A DNA stretch of 62,895 nt, the filler included, from Ministeria vibrans ATCC 50519 (Eukaryota; Protista; Filasterea), in the NCBI GenBank assembly GCA_943704425.1. It is 6 parts of 6 records of this genome, joined end to end, with 100 filler letters (N's around TTAATTAATTAA, not from the genome) between each part and the next. Parts side by side here need not be neighbours in the genome. Positions count along the whole stretch, not along the records: positions 28,479 to 39,845 come from CALSCP010002390.1; positions 39,946 to 55,268 come from CALSCP010000102.1; 4 more parts are not named here. One strand, given 5' to 3'. Shown piece by piece: positions 38,105 to 52,375 of this stretch (the stretch's first letter is position 1; each line of letters starts with the position of its first letter). Position numbers and translations under genes: made by a program. The notes under the pieces are model-generated. The model had not been told where the DNA came from. It ran no database searches and saw only the letters and a program-made list of their open reading frames with translations.

Positions 38105-39540
38105 TCACAGATCGGTCTTGGCCTTCTTCTTCTTGGTCAGCTTGTGGTGGGCATTCTTCTTGAGGTAGGCAGTAAAGCCAGCCACATCGCGATCGCCTTC
38201 GTACTTGAGTGCCTTGGACTTGTCGTTGCCCGGCACAAAGTAAATCGTCGGATAGCCGGAAACGGCAAACTGGCTGCGCGGGAAATCATTGGCAGTCGCT
38301 GAAACCCAAGACAAAAAAAAAGAAGAAAAATAGTTAGAGAGAGGAGAGAAAGAGATAGAGACGGGTAGACAGAGAGACAGGTGAAAAGAGAGAAAAAAAT
38401 TGTTTGTATCATGGCAACTAACCGTCCATTTTGGCAATGCGGAGTTTGCTATTGTGCTTGAGCTTCGCGGCGAGTTCATTGTAGATGGGCTCGAGCTTCT
38501 TGCAGTGGCCACACCACGGCGCATAGAACTCAATCAGCACATCATCGTCATTCAGAAGAACCTGTGTAGTCGCAAGCACAGACAAAAAGAGAGTGTGTGT
38601 GTGAAATGAGCAATCGAGTGATGATCAACATGCATGACCAGGCACTTATGACTCTTACCTCCTCCTTAAACGTCTCCCCAACAACCACTCGCACGTCCCC
38701 CTGCGTCTCCGGCACCGCCTCACTCTTCACCGTCTCCTTCATATTCCCTCCATTGTACTCCTCCAGAAACGACCGCAGTGCGTCCATTGAGAATTCCGTC
38801 TTCATTGAGTACTTCTTCCTACAAAGAATTGTATCATTAATTTAGCTCACTCATCCACTATGCTTCCCTCTGTCTCGTTCTCTCTGTAATTCATACCCGT
38901 CGTGTTTGATTGAGATTCCGACCGTCTTTCCCTTCAAGTTGAATTCGTCCACTTCCCGCGCAAATTCTTCACTGTTGCGCACTCCAAAGACAAACGACTT
39001 CTTAAAGTCCTGCGCCACCTTCAGCACTCGATTGCGCCAGTAATTTGTACCCTACGCACGGAAATGCACAGCAGTTGAAAATAAGAGCAACATCAACCCT
39101 TCTCCAGCCCTACGCCTAACCCTAGCCATAACCCTAACCCTGATGGTCAAACACCAACCAAAACCCCAATGTCTCTCTCAACCTACATTCACACACTCCT
39201 CTTCTACTTCCCTTCCTCCCTTCCTCTCTTCCTCTCGCACCTTGGGGTTCTTGCGGTAGTCCACATCATAGTACGCAGTCACCACTGGCAGTCCCAACTG
39301 CGACACCTTTTTGTCAAATCGCTTCTGCGAGTCAGTATCCACATGCGCAACCAGAGACGATCCTGATGCGATGATAAACTGCTCAAGGCTCTTTGTGTGC
39401 GGCGATCCTTGGTAGATAGCCTATCACACAAAGACTGTCAAATGTGGTTACAGACATAATAGTGACGTACGTGTTTCTCTTCAAACTTGTTGTAGAGGTG
39501 TTTGGGCTGGTACACCACCACGTTGGAGCGGAATCCATAC
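38105..39540 (-). CDS. Protein disulfide isomerase (PDIA3/ERp57-like), 5' partial
   Basis: [48 protein letters not shown]-terminal KTDL. Confidence 0.92.
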
Positions 39541-39761
39541 TGCAGTGGAAAAGGTAAAACATGGAAATACTGTTTAGCCATCACACGCACATACACACAT
39601 ATACACATTCTTATACACATACATACACACACATACACATTCTCATACACATACATATACACACACATACACATTCTTATACACATACATATACACACAC
39701 ATACACATTCTTATATATATATATATATACCACAAAGACATACACACACACACGCCACAAA

Positions 39762-39845
<84 letters not shown>

Positions 39846-39945
39846 NNNNNNNNNNNNNNNNNNNNNNNNNNNNNNNNNNNNNNNNNNNNTTAATTAATTA
39901 ANNNNNNNNNNNNNNNNNNNNNNNNNNNNNNNNNNNNNNNNNNNN

Positions 39946-40055
<110 letters not shown>

Positions 40056-40081
40056 TATGATCCAACTGCGATGGTTATTAC

Positions 40082-40860
40082 CGTGAGTGCCAAAAGCGCC
40101 ACTGTCGGATTTTTACTGGTGACCTTCTTACGAATGCGCGTCAGTGCATCCTTTGGTCTGTCAGTGCACAAATCATATAAAATTAAACAACAGAGTATGC
40201 TTCACAGGCGTGCCCTACGCGATGTCTTTCTGTCGGATGGCGTCGCAGCACTCCATGGTGCATCCCCAGTCGGGCTCAAGCAAAAGTTCACTCGTCGCTT
40301 TGTCTGCACAAAAATGACCAAAGGTGTTTAGCGACTCATTAAGATGCTTAGAGGGCGATTTTCAAGTGCATCATGCTCTACACATGCCAACTGCACACGG
40401 CACCAACGCGCCGCAATAGGACACGTACGCAATGGTGGCAGTTGGACAAAAAAGAGCAAAAATAAAAAAAAAATCGAAAATTTCCCATCTGCCAATACAG
40501 CCAATAATGCCTTCAAATGCACAATGCTCCACATGTTCTCGACTTTGACAAGAGCATCCGCGACAATGGCGCTCCGGTGATGTCATCAAATAGGATTGTT
40601 CGAGAAGTTTTGTTGCGCTGTCGACACGACAGCTTGCACGCCCCGTGTCCAGCCCGCCGATGCCGTGGGCGGGTGTATGTACATCGGTGTGTGGGTGCAC
40701 ACGCGTAGAGGGCCCGCCAAAGACATCAGGGGAAGGGCACAACCCAAAAGGGTTCTCAACTCACATCGGCAGAGCAGAGAGAAGCAAAAAAACAAAAGGA
40801 AGAGGACGAGGCCTTACCCAGCAGCTTGTCAAAGGGAGAGCCCCATATCAGAGACGCCAT
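40082..40860 (-). CDS. HGS: VHS-domain ESCRT-0 protein (Hrs/HGS-like), 5' exons only
   Basis: MASLIWGSPFDKLL|DKATSELLLEPDW..MECCDAIRQKD|PKDALTRIRKKVTSKNPTVALLALT. Confidence 0.8.
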
Positions 40861-41163
40861 TTGAAAAAAGAATAGACGACTTCTGACTTCGCGACTTACG
40901 AAATTATTTACGATTAAGACAAAATTCGAAAAATGAAAATCTGAAGGATTCCCATAATCAACTTAGTAGAGGGCTGTATATAGACTATAATACATTAGTG
41001 TGGGGGGTGCTGTGGGTCTGGGACAACGCATTCAGCTCTTTTTGAGGGGAACAGACTACAGTATACACAGAATCAGTCTCATTGTCAAGATCTCTCTATG
41101 TTCTCTCTCAATAACCCTTTCTTCTTCTTCATCTTCTTCTTCTTCTTCTTCTTCTTCTTCTTC

Positions 41164-41208
<45 letters not shown>

Positions 41209-41238
41209 ACACACACTTTTTTTCTCTCTCTCTCCTTT

Positions 41239-41825
41239 CTAATTGAGTCCTACGACGCTGTATACCTTTGGTTGGATTGTCTGAGGCTCCTCAGTGAGTT
41301 CCTGTAACAATACAACGATAAGACGCGTCAATTTGAGGTGATTAAGAGACATAAACACGCCACGTCGACGCACACTGCACAGACTCACACTAGACACGCA
41401 CAAGAGGCACAACGGCGCGTACCTTTCGAAGAGGATCGATCAGCTTGACAACCTTGTTCTTCAACCGGATCATATCGCTTTCCATCCACTGCACCCAATC
41501 TGTCGGCCCAGTCCGGTTGATGCACGACTGTGTAAAGTGTTCTCGGGAACCGCAGGTGTAGCAGACGGGCTGTGATGTGAGAAAAAAAGAATCGTTCACA
41601 TTCTTCATCGTGTGTTTCTCAGCGTACCGTCACTCGCGCGTCCAGCGGACAACGACGAGGCGGTGCGTCTTCGACGACAACCGGCTTTGGAGGGTCCGTA
41701 GTGACTGGCGTCACAGAGGTGCGTGGCGGTGACTTGGGGGGCGGTGCAATGGTCGCAAATCGAGCAGAGATGCTCCTCATCACAGTGCTTCTCGAGCACA
41801 CCGCTGCTCTGCCTACTGGTAGCAT
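41239..41825 (-). CDS. Small CCHC zinc-knuckle protein, three exons
   Basis: CYTCGSREHFTQSC; Arg/Ser-rich N-terminus. Confidence 0.55.
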
Positions 41826-42100
41826 CACGTGTCGTCAAAGAGTATACAAACACTAACTAACAAAGGAATTAAGTAATTATGGAATATGGTACTTCTAGTA
41901 TCTGGATTTATAATCTAAGTCTTTTATTTCTTTTCTTTATCACTTATCACTTATTAGAATTCTGCCTTCTTGCGATTGCAAGTTGCTCAAACCGAGCACT
42001 TCTAACTAATCTGATATCTGATATCTGATATCTGTTATATGTAATCTCAGGTAACCCGATCCGTCGTTTTTCTTTACGTTTTTCGGATTTGGTGGTCGTC

Positions 42101-43400
42101 ATGGAAACTTGCTCTCCGGCACCTTCCCTCGAGCGCGAAGGACTCTCGGAGTTCGATAAGTACTTTACAGAGGCTCTTGCAAAGCGACTCGGGTAAGAAA
42201 TCGAAACGTTCTTACAGTCGCGATATTCATTCTAGCGTAGTGACAGCGACACAAACACATCAGACGCACCACTCCTGCTCACCACACGTCGCCTACAAGG
42301 GTGCCAAGACATCGAAGACATGGCTACGGTATGTGCATACATACCGCATACGTGCAGCATTCTTTCTCATACGACGTGTACTCTTCCGTGTATCTGTCCC
42401 CAGGGTGAAGAAACACAACAGCTGCACAACGCACAAGCGCGCCTTGCTCAACGTCGCAAGGTAAAATGCTAGCCATTATTCCTGTTTTTTTAATGTCGTG
42501 GTTTTGATATTATTAGCACCTTGAAAGACAAGATCACTCGCAGCGGGGCTACCAGGCGAGATTGGTTCGCCTTGTGGAAGAGAAAAAACGACAAGTGGAA
42601 TCGCGTACTCCGTTACAGTTGCACCCAGATTGGACTGCCTTGTCGCGCGAGCTCACCACTCTCAACCGACAAATCGAGCGAGCTCATCGAAAGGTAGCGA
42701 GGCAACGTCGGAGGCTCGAACACTTCGGGTGGGCCAAACGCTTGCTCGAGCACACATTGACCACAGGGCGCGCACAAGTTGACGACGCTCGACGGGCAAC
42801 GCATCTCACCAGCACACAGTCGCTAGTGTCTCGCGTGCGACAGCTGCGAGATGCAGAGCAGAATCTGTGTGAGCAAACGCGCACCTGTGAGAGACGCATC
42901 GGACGCGAACAAGCTCAACTCAGTCAAGCGATGCACGACAGTAACCTCCGTCGCGAGACTCTCCACTCAAAGGTATATTAATAATTATCGACGTACTTCA
43001 CTGTTTCATGCACCCAACTGGCCTACATTAAGGTTGAGGCGTTGTTGGGCACCGCCGAAAGGGTGCGACGGGACAGAGAGTCTTTGGAGCGAGACTGGAA
43101 TGTCGCTGCGGCGTGTGCGTCTAAAGCTCAAATTCTTCTTGGTCAAATTCGTGCGTACGATTCATGTTACTTTTGTTTGTGCTTGAAAAAATTAACTTTA
43201 TGTCTGTGTGTGTTTGTGTTTTTTTTGGTAATAATAGAAGCTCGCTCAGTATGTATCGCATTGTGTCGCGCGTTCGTCCAGCCCACGATTCGCTCTTCTC
43301 CACCGATCCATTGCAAGTGATGCACACCACTTGTGCCCAGCTTGACCATATCGCTCACTTCATCACTGACCACACAGGTCACCCTGACGCTCGATCATGA
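42101..43400 (+). CDS. Coiled-coil protein of unknown function, spliced
   Basis: GT-AG exons with heptad-rich translation (ORF 42562-42981). Confidence 0.55.
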
Positions 43401-43443
43401 TTGTATGAAAATAGTAATAAAATAATAAGAAAATAAATAGAGA

Positions 43444-43511
43444 ATCGAGAGCTGTACTCAATGTCAAAACAAAATCATATACAAAACAAAGAGCAGCACA
43501 ATACTTCCGCC
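43444..43511 (+). repeat. Dispersed intergenic repeat D (copy at 47933-47990)
   Basis: atcgagagctgta...aaaacaaaa..atatacaaaacaa.gagcagcacaatacttccgcc. Confidence 0.85.
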
Positions 43512-43830
43512 TTGTAATGAATAAAGATAATAAGAAAGAACTTCGAACGAACCCATATTTTAACTTAGGAGTTCCTTAGGAGAATAAAGTCGGGTGATCT
43601 TTTTAATTCACAGCCGTCGCCAGAGTTGAGAGTAGGGTACATGTCGCCGTTCCAACCGTGACCTGGCTGCCCGCAATCATTGGATTGGCAAAAATGTCCC
43701 CTACTGTGAGCGTTTCTGTTCCCGACAATGAAATCTAAGAATTATAACGTGTGAAACCCAAAAGCAATTGTAAAAGATACTCCATAATCCATACCAGGAT
43801 CAAAGGTTGGTTGCCATGGGAGATGACGAA

Positions 43831-43888
43831 GCCGGAGGTACCCTCAGCGAGCCTGCAAAGCCGGAGGTACCCTCAGCGAGCCTGCAAA
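43831..43888 (+). repeat. Perfect 2 x 29-bp tandem duplication
   Basis: gccggaggtaccctcagcgagcctgcaaa x2. Confidence 0.9.
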
Positions 43889-44042
43889 GGTCCGTATGGC
43901 AAAACCAATGGTCAGTTGAAAGTTCAGTACATCCCAAGGAACCCATATTATATATGATAGAAATATTATGGTTCCAATATATGATACAGAATAAGAAGAA
44001 GAATAGCATTGCATTAGTATTACACAAAGAGTGATCCCGCCA

Positions 44043-45025
44043 CTGATCCGCCAAAGTGCTAAGAGAACCATCGTCGTCACGGGCTCACGGCTCAAGGGAG
44101 TTGCGACACAGTTGCGAAGACAGAAGCGGAGTAACTTCCGAGTAACTAATAAATTCATAAATTTCGCTCTCCCTGACATACCAACGTCATTTGTGCCCTA
44201 TTGAACGGCCACGTAGCTATCAGCCTATCACTATGCATTTCAAGGTGAGAACACAATCAACACGTTTTTTTGGGGCAGTAGAAATTCCGCAGAAATAACC
44301 GAGGAATACGCCCTACGCTTAGATTCTTGTGTTTTTCGCTCTGTCCTTGGGCGTCGTGTGTCTAGATATCAATGCTGTTGACGACGCTTCTATTGAGAAT
44401 GTCAACGGCAACGTCGTTATATCTACTGCTGAAAACGGAAGTGTCTTTGTCAACGGCACAGATATTTTGGCTAGGATTGCCACTCTGGAGGACATCGTCA
44501 CTTCTCAATCGTCCTTAATTAACACCCTCCTGCTACGTGTTAATGATGCGAATTCATCACTGGCTCTTGAAGCCAATGTCGACGTGTTCACATGCACATT
44601 GACGTTTGCCTCGGGAGGACCTTTATTCACAGGGACATTTAGCGCGGGAGACTGTGGTGGCCATTTGCCCCCAACAAATGACTACATCCCTGTGATTGTC
44701 AGTGGAACAATCGGCAATTGTTGGGACTACCATCGCCACGACTTCTCGACATTGCCGAACTACAAAATTGAGTCACAAAGTGGTCCATGCGAAGGGCCAA
44801 TAGTGATCATAGTAAAATTTTTCAAATGAAATGCGAACTCATTGTTTTGTTTTGTTCGAGATACAAATTTGGATAGTTTATGGCAAAGAGGCACTCTTTT
44901 GCCCCTTTGGATTACAAAAAATTAAAAATTGGTTGGACTGATCCATCAACGTGCTAAGGGAACCATCGTCGTCACGGACTCACGGCTCAAAGGAGTTGCG
45001 AAGACGGAATAGGATTACTAATAAC
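44043..45025 (+). repeat. Direct repeats E (~44043-44150 and ~44938-45025) flanking an intronless gene
   Basis: gtgctaag.gaaccatcgtcgtcacgg.ctcacggctcaa.ggagttgcga in both copies. Confidence 0.85.
44329..44829 (+). CDS. Small secreted protein with cubilin-N-like beta/coiled-coil start and Cys-containing C-terminal domain; ATG not evident
   Basis: Hydrophobic leader, SIENVNGNVVIST..NGSVFVNGTDILARIATLE. Confidence 0.6.
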   Translation: MFFALSLGVVCLDINAVDDASIENVNGNVVISTAENGSVFVNGTDILARIATLEDIVTSQSSLINTLLLRVNDANSSLALEANVDVFTCTLTFASGGPLFTGTFSAGDCGGHLPPTNDYIPVIVSGTIGNCWDYHRHDFSTLPNYKIESQSGPCEGPIVIIVKFFK

Positions 45026-45053
45026 TAATTTTTCATTTTTATTTGTATTTGCA

Positions 45054-45548
45054 ATGGTGAACTTTGCAAAGTTGCTACGGCTCCCCAAACCAGCGGTCAA
45101 GGTGACGCTATGCATTTGAACTGTCCCTTTTGAACTCTTTTCGTACTCTTTGTAGGACTTGCAACTTTCACTTCGCTCCTGCACAGATGTACGCCTTTCT
45201 TTCGTCGTGTTGCTTGCAGCACATGTTGAAAGCATCCACGTGGAACCCATTTGCATTCTTTGGGTGTGCCGACACGCTTTAGGGGACTGACAAAGAGGAC
45301 TTTTGTAGGAAATTGCCGAGGACGGCCGTTCGATTGTCGCCCTTGCCGGTGTTCTCGATGGCTCTGGACCCGAATGGGCCTTGCCCGTCGTCTCTGCGTG
45401 GCTGTTTGATCTGTACCGTTCGGAGGACCAGGCTGAACAAGAGGTTGTGCTGCTTTTCATTCCGGAAATTGTCGAAGGACTGCTTTTGAAAGAAGGGCAC
45501 AAGGTGACACGGACCGAAATGCAAGAGGAAAACACGCTCACGCACCCC

Positions 45549-45608
<60 letters not shown>

Positions 45609-45649
45609 CTTTGTTTCTTTCTCCCTCCTCTGTCTGTCTCTCTCTCTGG

Positions 45650-45740
<91 letters not shown>

Positions 45741-45923
45741 CTCTCGCTCTCTCTCTCTTGCTCTCGCTCTCTCTCTCTTTCTGTATGTGTGTCCAGCTAT
45801 GATCACCAGGGGGACGATGGCACTGCGCCATGGAAGTATGAGAACGAAAATGTCGTCAACCGCACTGAGTATGCCTCCGTCGTCCACACCCTCACTCAGG
45901 CCCTTAAGAACGGTCCCTTTTAG
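45054..45923 (+). CDS. Short hyccin/FAM126-like protein, spliced
   Basis: PVVSAWLFDLYRSEDQAEQEVVLLFIPEIV resembles the hyccin LFxxYRS...LxFxPxL motif. Confidence 0.5.
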
Positions 45924-46046
45924 AGCCCATCTCTTCTCTCACACACACTCTTTCTCTCTCACTCTTTCTCGCTCTTTCTCTGTTTGCTTTTCTTTCTCGT
46001 CTTGCTTTCTCTTCTTCAATGTGAATGTAAAGAAAGAAGATGTGTT

Positions 46047-47669
46047 TTATGCGGGAAGTTTGAGCTTGCGGCCCTTAAGGACACGCGTAATGTACAGATA
46101 GAAGAAATCGCAGTACAGAATGGTCTGCACAATGCCCGCAAAAATCGCAATGTAGTCCAAATGGCCCTCCTGCACACAGAGGAACAGGAAATGGTATTCA
46201 ATGCACATTAGGGTTTTAGGGTTAGGGTTAGTACCGTAATGTATCGGTAGAGCCAGTTGACGATGTAGAGGCCGCGGTAGGAGCCCAGAGCAAAGAGGTA
46301 GTGGCTGGTGATGGTCTCGGCTTCACCAGTGCGCTGCACCATAAACAGCTGAGGCAGAATTGCAACGGACTCGAGGAAAATTGAGAAGCTCCACAGAACC
46401 TACACCCCAAAATGCAAAAAAAAATCTTCAATTCTGACTCTACCTCTCTCCGTTTCTCTTCACCTCAAGAGTAGTGAATTCGTAATTGACGACCAAAGCC
46501 AGGACCAAACAAGGGATCTATCACACACAGAGACGAACAGAATTAATACTCTCTCAATCACTTTGTCTCTCGATCACTTTCTCGCTCTCTTTGGTACTCT
46601 CTCTCTCTCTCTATCACTTTGTCTCTCTTTGTTACTCTGTATATATCACTTTGTCTCTCTCTCTCAAACTCTTTTACTCTCAAACTCTCCAACTCTCAAA
46701 CTCTCAAACTCTCAAACTCTCTCAAACTCTCTCAAACTCTCTCAAACTCTCTCAAACTCTCTCAAACTCTCTCTCTCAAACTCTCTCAAACTCTCTCTCT
46801 CTCAAACTCTCTTTGGTCTTTTCTAACCCTCTCTCCCTCTGCTGCTTACCAAAAGGAACTCATATCGAACAGCCTGATCATACGTCTTGTCGTACGTCGC
46901 GCGGAACTAAACAACACCACCCACGCATCAATCCATCGCACACTTCCCACGCACCCGCCCCGTACCTTGACCGCCATGAGGTAGACTGTGCCGGCCGACG
47001 CCACAATGAAGAAAATCTTCATGATCGTATTGTACAGCGACACAAAATGAACGAACAGATCCAAGTATCGCGTCACGTACACAAGCGTAAACAACACCTG
47101 GCTGCGCAGTGAGACGCCTGTACATGGTCAACAAACAAGTTGCAGTGATGAGAAGCAGAAGAATATTTTTCAAAAAAACGCAAATCTCTCCTCAAACACA
47201 CACACAATACTCTCAACGACCCCGCGCCCGTGTCTGGCACCCGCCCAGAGCGAGGCCAGAGCATGGTGCAAGGGGCCCTTCCACGTCAATCCGCCACGCT
47301 CGACAGTGAACAGATCAAACCCGCTTCGTTCTCTCTGCCGCCCACACGCACGCTTCCAGCCCCCCATTGCCCTCGGACACTAGGCCCGCCTCCAGCAAGT
47401 GCAGCAGCACCCGAAGCTTCCCGCGATACACCCCCACAAACGCCAGAGGGAAAGAGGAAACGTCATTGCAAAAACACACAAAATAAAAAAAAAACGCATC
47501 TCGCCAGAAGAATCGGGGAGCACCGACAGCGTAGCGCGTCTGCAGAGTGATGCAGCACCCCGGAGCCATGCAGCCTACCTGCACACGATCGCGTTGTCCA
47601 AATCTTCCACAGCAGCAGCAGAATCGCCAGCAGATGGCTCATGTCGCCAATGAGACGAAAGACATTCAT
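46047..47669 (-). CDS. ERD2: ER lumen protein-retaining (KDEL) receptor
   Basis: [70 protein letters not shown]. Confidence 0.97.
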
Positions 47670-48099
47670 CGTCGACTATGTGTGGTCTGGGCGCGTCACC
47701 AAAAAACGAAAAACAAACAAAAGAAAGTGAAAGTGATTTAGTGAAATAATAAGTTGAGTGATGAATATTATTATGACTTTAGTGGGTAACTGACACAACA
47801 GCACTTGCGCCAAATGCCGCCTCGTCAGAACGGTCTTTTGCTGTGTATCTACTTAGGGACTGGCGTCTGGCTGGTGCCTGCGCAACGTCATTTGTTCTTT
47901 TTTAAAGAAAGAAAAATAAATAATAATAATCGATCGAGAGCTGTAAAACAAAACTATATACAAAACAACGAGCAGCACAATACTTCCGCCGTAGAGTCGT
48001 AGACTGATCAATAATAGTGTATGTACATCCCATTTATTTAATAGGAATAAATGAAATTTAAATAGAAGTGTACAATTTCATTGATTGTATTGTTGCCCT

Positions 48100-51000
48100 T
48101 TACTTGCTGGCAGAGCCTGACGGACTCAAACGACGGGATGATTCGTACATGCGCTGAGCAGTGAGGGGAGAAAGTTTACCCGGCGTGGCGGAAGTTCGTG
48201 TGCGCAGGGGAGTCGTGGGAGACGCGAGTGGGGAGGCATCATGGGAGCGGGCGAGACTCGTCGAGTGTGGGCTGCAGGTGTCCTCCTGAAAGGGCGAGCC
48301 GTGTGCTGTGGTGGCGGGTGTCGACGCCGCCTGCATGCCCAGTCGGGCTTGTGACAGGCGCAAACGAGTGGAGTTGGAAAGGGTGGCGGGATGAGGCAGG
48401 GGAGAGGGGATGGAGGAGGGCGCGGGTGAGACGGCAGCAACGGCCGGGATCAAGAGAGCGCTGTTGGAGGCGACAGCCGTGTCAATGAGATCTGACGAAA
48501 TGATGGTGGCTATCTCCTGCGCATCGGACCGTAATGAGGGCGTTGAGACATGGGATGGTGGTGAGAACGGTGCGCTTGGTTGGAGAGGGGGGTGATGATG
48601 TGGCAGTGGGGAAGGAGCAGTCACCACCAGTGCCTCCTGATGACCTCTACCCTCGCTTGCACTCGGCACATCTAAATCCCCAGACAATTTGGGCGATTGA
48701 TTAGAAGGAGATACGTGAGGTGACTTACTTGTCTCCTCCTTTGCTTCCTCTCCTCCTTTCCTCTTCTCCCCTTTATCTTTCTCTGCCTCCACCTCCTCCC
48801 CCTTCTTTTCCTCTTCCTCCCTCAATTCCTCCTTCTTCTTCTTCTTTTCCTCTTTCCCCTTCTCCTCCTTCTCCTCCTCCTTCTCCTCCTTCTCCTCCTC
48901 CCTCTCCTCCTTCTCCTCCTCCTTCTCCTCCTTCTCCTCCTTCTCCTCCTTCTCCTCCTCCTTTTCCTCCTTCATCTCCTTCATCTCCTCCTTCTCCTCC
49001 TTCACCTCCTCCTTCTCCCCCTTCTCCCCCTTCTCCTCCTTCTCCTCCTCCTTCTCCTCCTCCTTCTCTTCTTCTTCTTCTTCACCGTCATTCTTGCCCA
49101 ACGAACTTAGTCGCGCCCCCTCCAGCGCGGCAATGCCACCGCCAATGTCAACAAACCGTCTGCGCGCACTCAACTCGCGCCCATTGGTGACTGCAGGTGA
49201 GCTTGACGGTCGCTGGGGCGCTACATTTACCGCTGTGCTGCTCCCGTTCTTCCGTTCTGCTGTCAGGTCTGCAATGGCCAATGATATTTGCGACTGGCGG
49301 GTTTGTGTCATGAGTGACAAAGTCGGTGTGCGATGGAGCTGTTTCGGCTCGTCGCTGTTCGCGTTCTTCTTCATCTGTTGAATTGAGCTTGAGCTCTTTT
49401 TGAGGCCCTGGCGCTGCCGGAGACTGCGCCGTCGCTTGAGCGAGTCTGCGCGCAGAGCGCGCGCCGTGTCAGCGAGCTCTGTGGTCGCCTTGAGAAGACG
49501 CACGCCGACTTCGGTGTGCCGTGCGAGCTGCTCCAGCTGGTCTATTGCGGTAGTACTCGGTGCGACATCATCAGACGAGGGCACTGCCGCAACAAGCGGA
49601 GGCAGTTGACGCGGTCGGTCGACGCGCTCAAGCAGTGTCTGACTAGAGTTCCTCTTGACCAGAGGCCGCACGCGCTGGTCATGCGCAAGAGATTGGCTAG
49701 CGTTGGTGGTGGTCCCACTCATTGCAGTCAAGTGCGCTTTAAACTCTCCCTGTTGTTCTTGTTGGTGTTGTGCGCTTTCCGAGTCGGGATGTGTCGGCCG
49801 GAAGATGCGAGGCACGATCGCATAGTCATCTGTGTCGTCACTGGTCTGTGTGCCGCGCGTAGCGTGTGTGCCGCAGTGGGTCTTGGAGTGTGGCGTGTCG
49901 CGAGTCTTCTTGCGGTAGGCAAGGGCAGAACGCGCGAGACGGGCGAGCTCGTCGTCGGTGGGTATTTGTGGGGTCTTGACAAGGCGGTCGTGGTACTGCT
50001 TCCACGCGAGAGCAAGCGAGGCGGGCGGACGCCAGTCTAGGGCAACAATCGTCTCGGAGGAGGAGAGGGGAAGAAGGGGCGGAAGAAGACGGGGTGATGA
50101 AAGGTAGAGGTGGAGGAGGCGAGTTTGAGTCTGGGTGGAAACGCAGGTGGGTGGGGCGGGCTGGGACAGCTGGAAGACGTCTTCAAAGGTGATGGAGGGG
50201 GGGAGCCAGGGCAGACGCGAAGCCTGTTTGCTGTGCCATCTGGCAAAGACGCGACGAAGTGCGTTGGTGGGTGTAGGTGGCTGGTGCGGCTGCGGTCGTT
50301 GGACTAGGGTGCTCTGGCGGTAAACTTGGGCTGCCTTGACGGGTGAGAGGATGGGGATGCGCGAGCCTCGAAAGGGCACAATGGGCGAGACGGTAATTAA
50401 AGTGGCGGGAGGAATGGCGTGGGGTGTCAAGGGAGTCGCTGGTGAGCTGACGGGAATGCGCGAGGCAGAGCGCAAGAACGACTCCTGTGCATGCTCATCT
50501 AATGGCCCTTCCTCTCGTTCTTCCACCTCCTGCTCTCCCTCTTGCTCTTGCTCTTGCTCTTGGTCTGTCGACTGGTTGTGCGAATCGCTGCCGAGTCCGT
50601 GGATGATCTGCTCCGCTCGTCCCCGTGCGGGAATTTCGGGCAATGGTGAGCCCTGCGACGACACATACCGCAACAAAAACGACTCTTGTTCTGCTTGTCC
50701 CTCTTCCTCAACCTTTTCCTCCTTCTTCTCCTCCTCGACATCGTCTTCTACTTCATGCAAGCGCTTTTGCTCTGCAAAAAACGACTGCTCGCAGTCATTT
50801 GCGTCGTGTAAGTCGTCGTCGTCTCTGTGGCCGTCGCTGCCCATGGATGAAATCGACGAGGTGTCCTGAGCACCGCGAAACTGCTCGTCGTTCAGCAGCT
50901 GAGGGTCTTCGAAAAAAGAAGATTCGGAGGCCCGCGCGGACATGTTGGCGTCGTTAGCGCAGAAGCTGTTGTGCACAGACAGCTGACTCGTCCTTGGTTG

Positions 51001-51541
51001 TATTACTTCAATGTTCTCCAAGGTTGAGTCGCGTTGGAGAGCGCGAACCATTTCACCGGTGGTAAAGCTACGCAATTAACAAGAACACAAAATCAACAAT
51101 CAAAGACGTGTTATTTGCATTATGATTGTGACAGTCCACCACCCAGCAGTTCCGCCTCTTCCTCCTCTCGCACATTTTTACTCTAAAAGCATACCTTGTG
51201 GAGCGCTCATGATTGATATCCTTGGCGTACAAGCCGGCGTCGTACAGCTCGGCAGAGTCACCCAATTCGACGACGGCCGAGTCGGGTCGCACGCAGATGT
51301 CGGTGGCTGGTGATGTTGATTGAGTGGCGCCTCGAATTGGTGTGCTCACGGCAACGGGAGTGGGTGTTGTCTGACCGATTACCATAGCCTCTGTGCTGAT
51401 TTCCACTTGAGGAATAGGACTGGCTGCGTTGCAGTCGCTCGCTGTGGTGGTGTCTGCATCGTCGACTCGCCGCGCCGCTGTACGTTTCTGTCGCTGCTTG
51501 CGTCGCCGCGCTGGTGGCGTGCCCATAGGCGGCAGAGGCAC
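48100..51541 (-). CDS. Large low-complexity/disordered protein with E/K tract
   Basis: 991-aa ORF plus upstream exon 51068-51541; no recognisable domain. Confidence 0.65.
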
Positions 51542-52375
51542 GACAACCCTCTCTGTAAGAGTAGCCTTGAGAAGCTCTCGTGCACGCTCCGCTGCCGTCT
51601 CCGCCCAAACAGCCGCCTACACACACAAAAAAAAAATTCAAAATTTGCTTCATCACCCATGGCAACACACCGCCACTGAAAATCCCCTTACCAACTCTTG
51701 TGTTTCTAACAGTTTCTCGTCGTCCTCGTCCATCTACAGTCGACAGGGTGTACATAAAGAGGAATGCAGCAACAAGAAGAAGAGGTTAGCATCACATAGC
51801 GACAGGCCAATAGAATTTTTTTTTTCGTATTTGGACCACCACACGCACGTACCTCACTCACGTCGCTCCCATCCTCCCGCAAAGTACTTGCAGCCGAATT
51901 AGGTACAGCTGAAGATGACTGAAGAGAGTCGGCAGGTGAACCAGTCGACATGTTGTGCAAAAAAAGTGTGTAACTAATATTAATTTAAGTTCATTAATGG
52001 CACATACATGGGCTGTAATTCTTCTTCTTCTTGTTATTATTACTAAAATATTCAAAATAATTTTTCCTCGTACACACTGGGAGTCTAGACCAGGCTCGAA
52101 AAATGAATAAAAAGAACGTTTTTTTTTCATAAAAATGTTTTTGTATTTTGAAACACACTGAAACTTTCTCTCGTTCATCATCCCACTCTGAAACGCCATG
52201 CACAAACACCAAAAAAAAGCCACCTTCTACATTGCCAGACGCCAGCGTTGGCAACGTGAAGGGGACATCAAGTGGAGAGAGGCAAAACGGGAAAGAGGGG
52301 AATCACAAATAAAAGAGGGGTTGAGAGAAGAACAAGAGGTCAACAAAGAGAAGAAAACGAAAACACGGGGAGTTA

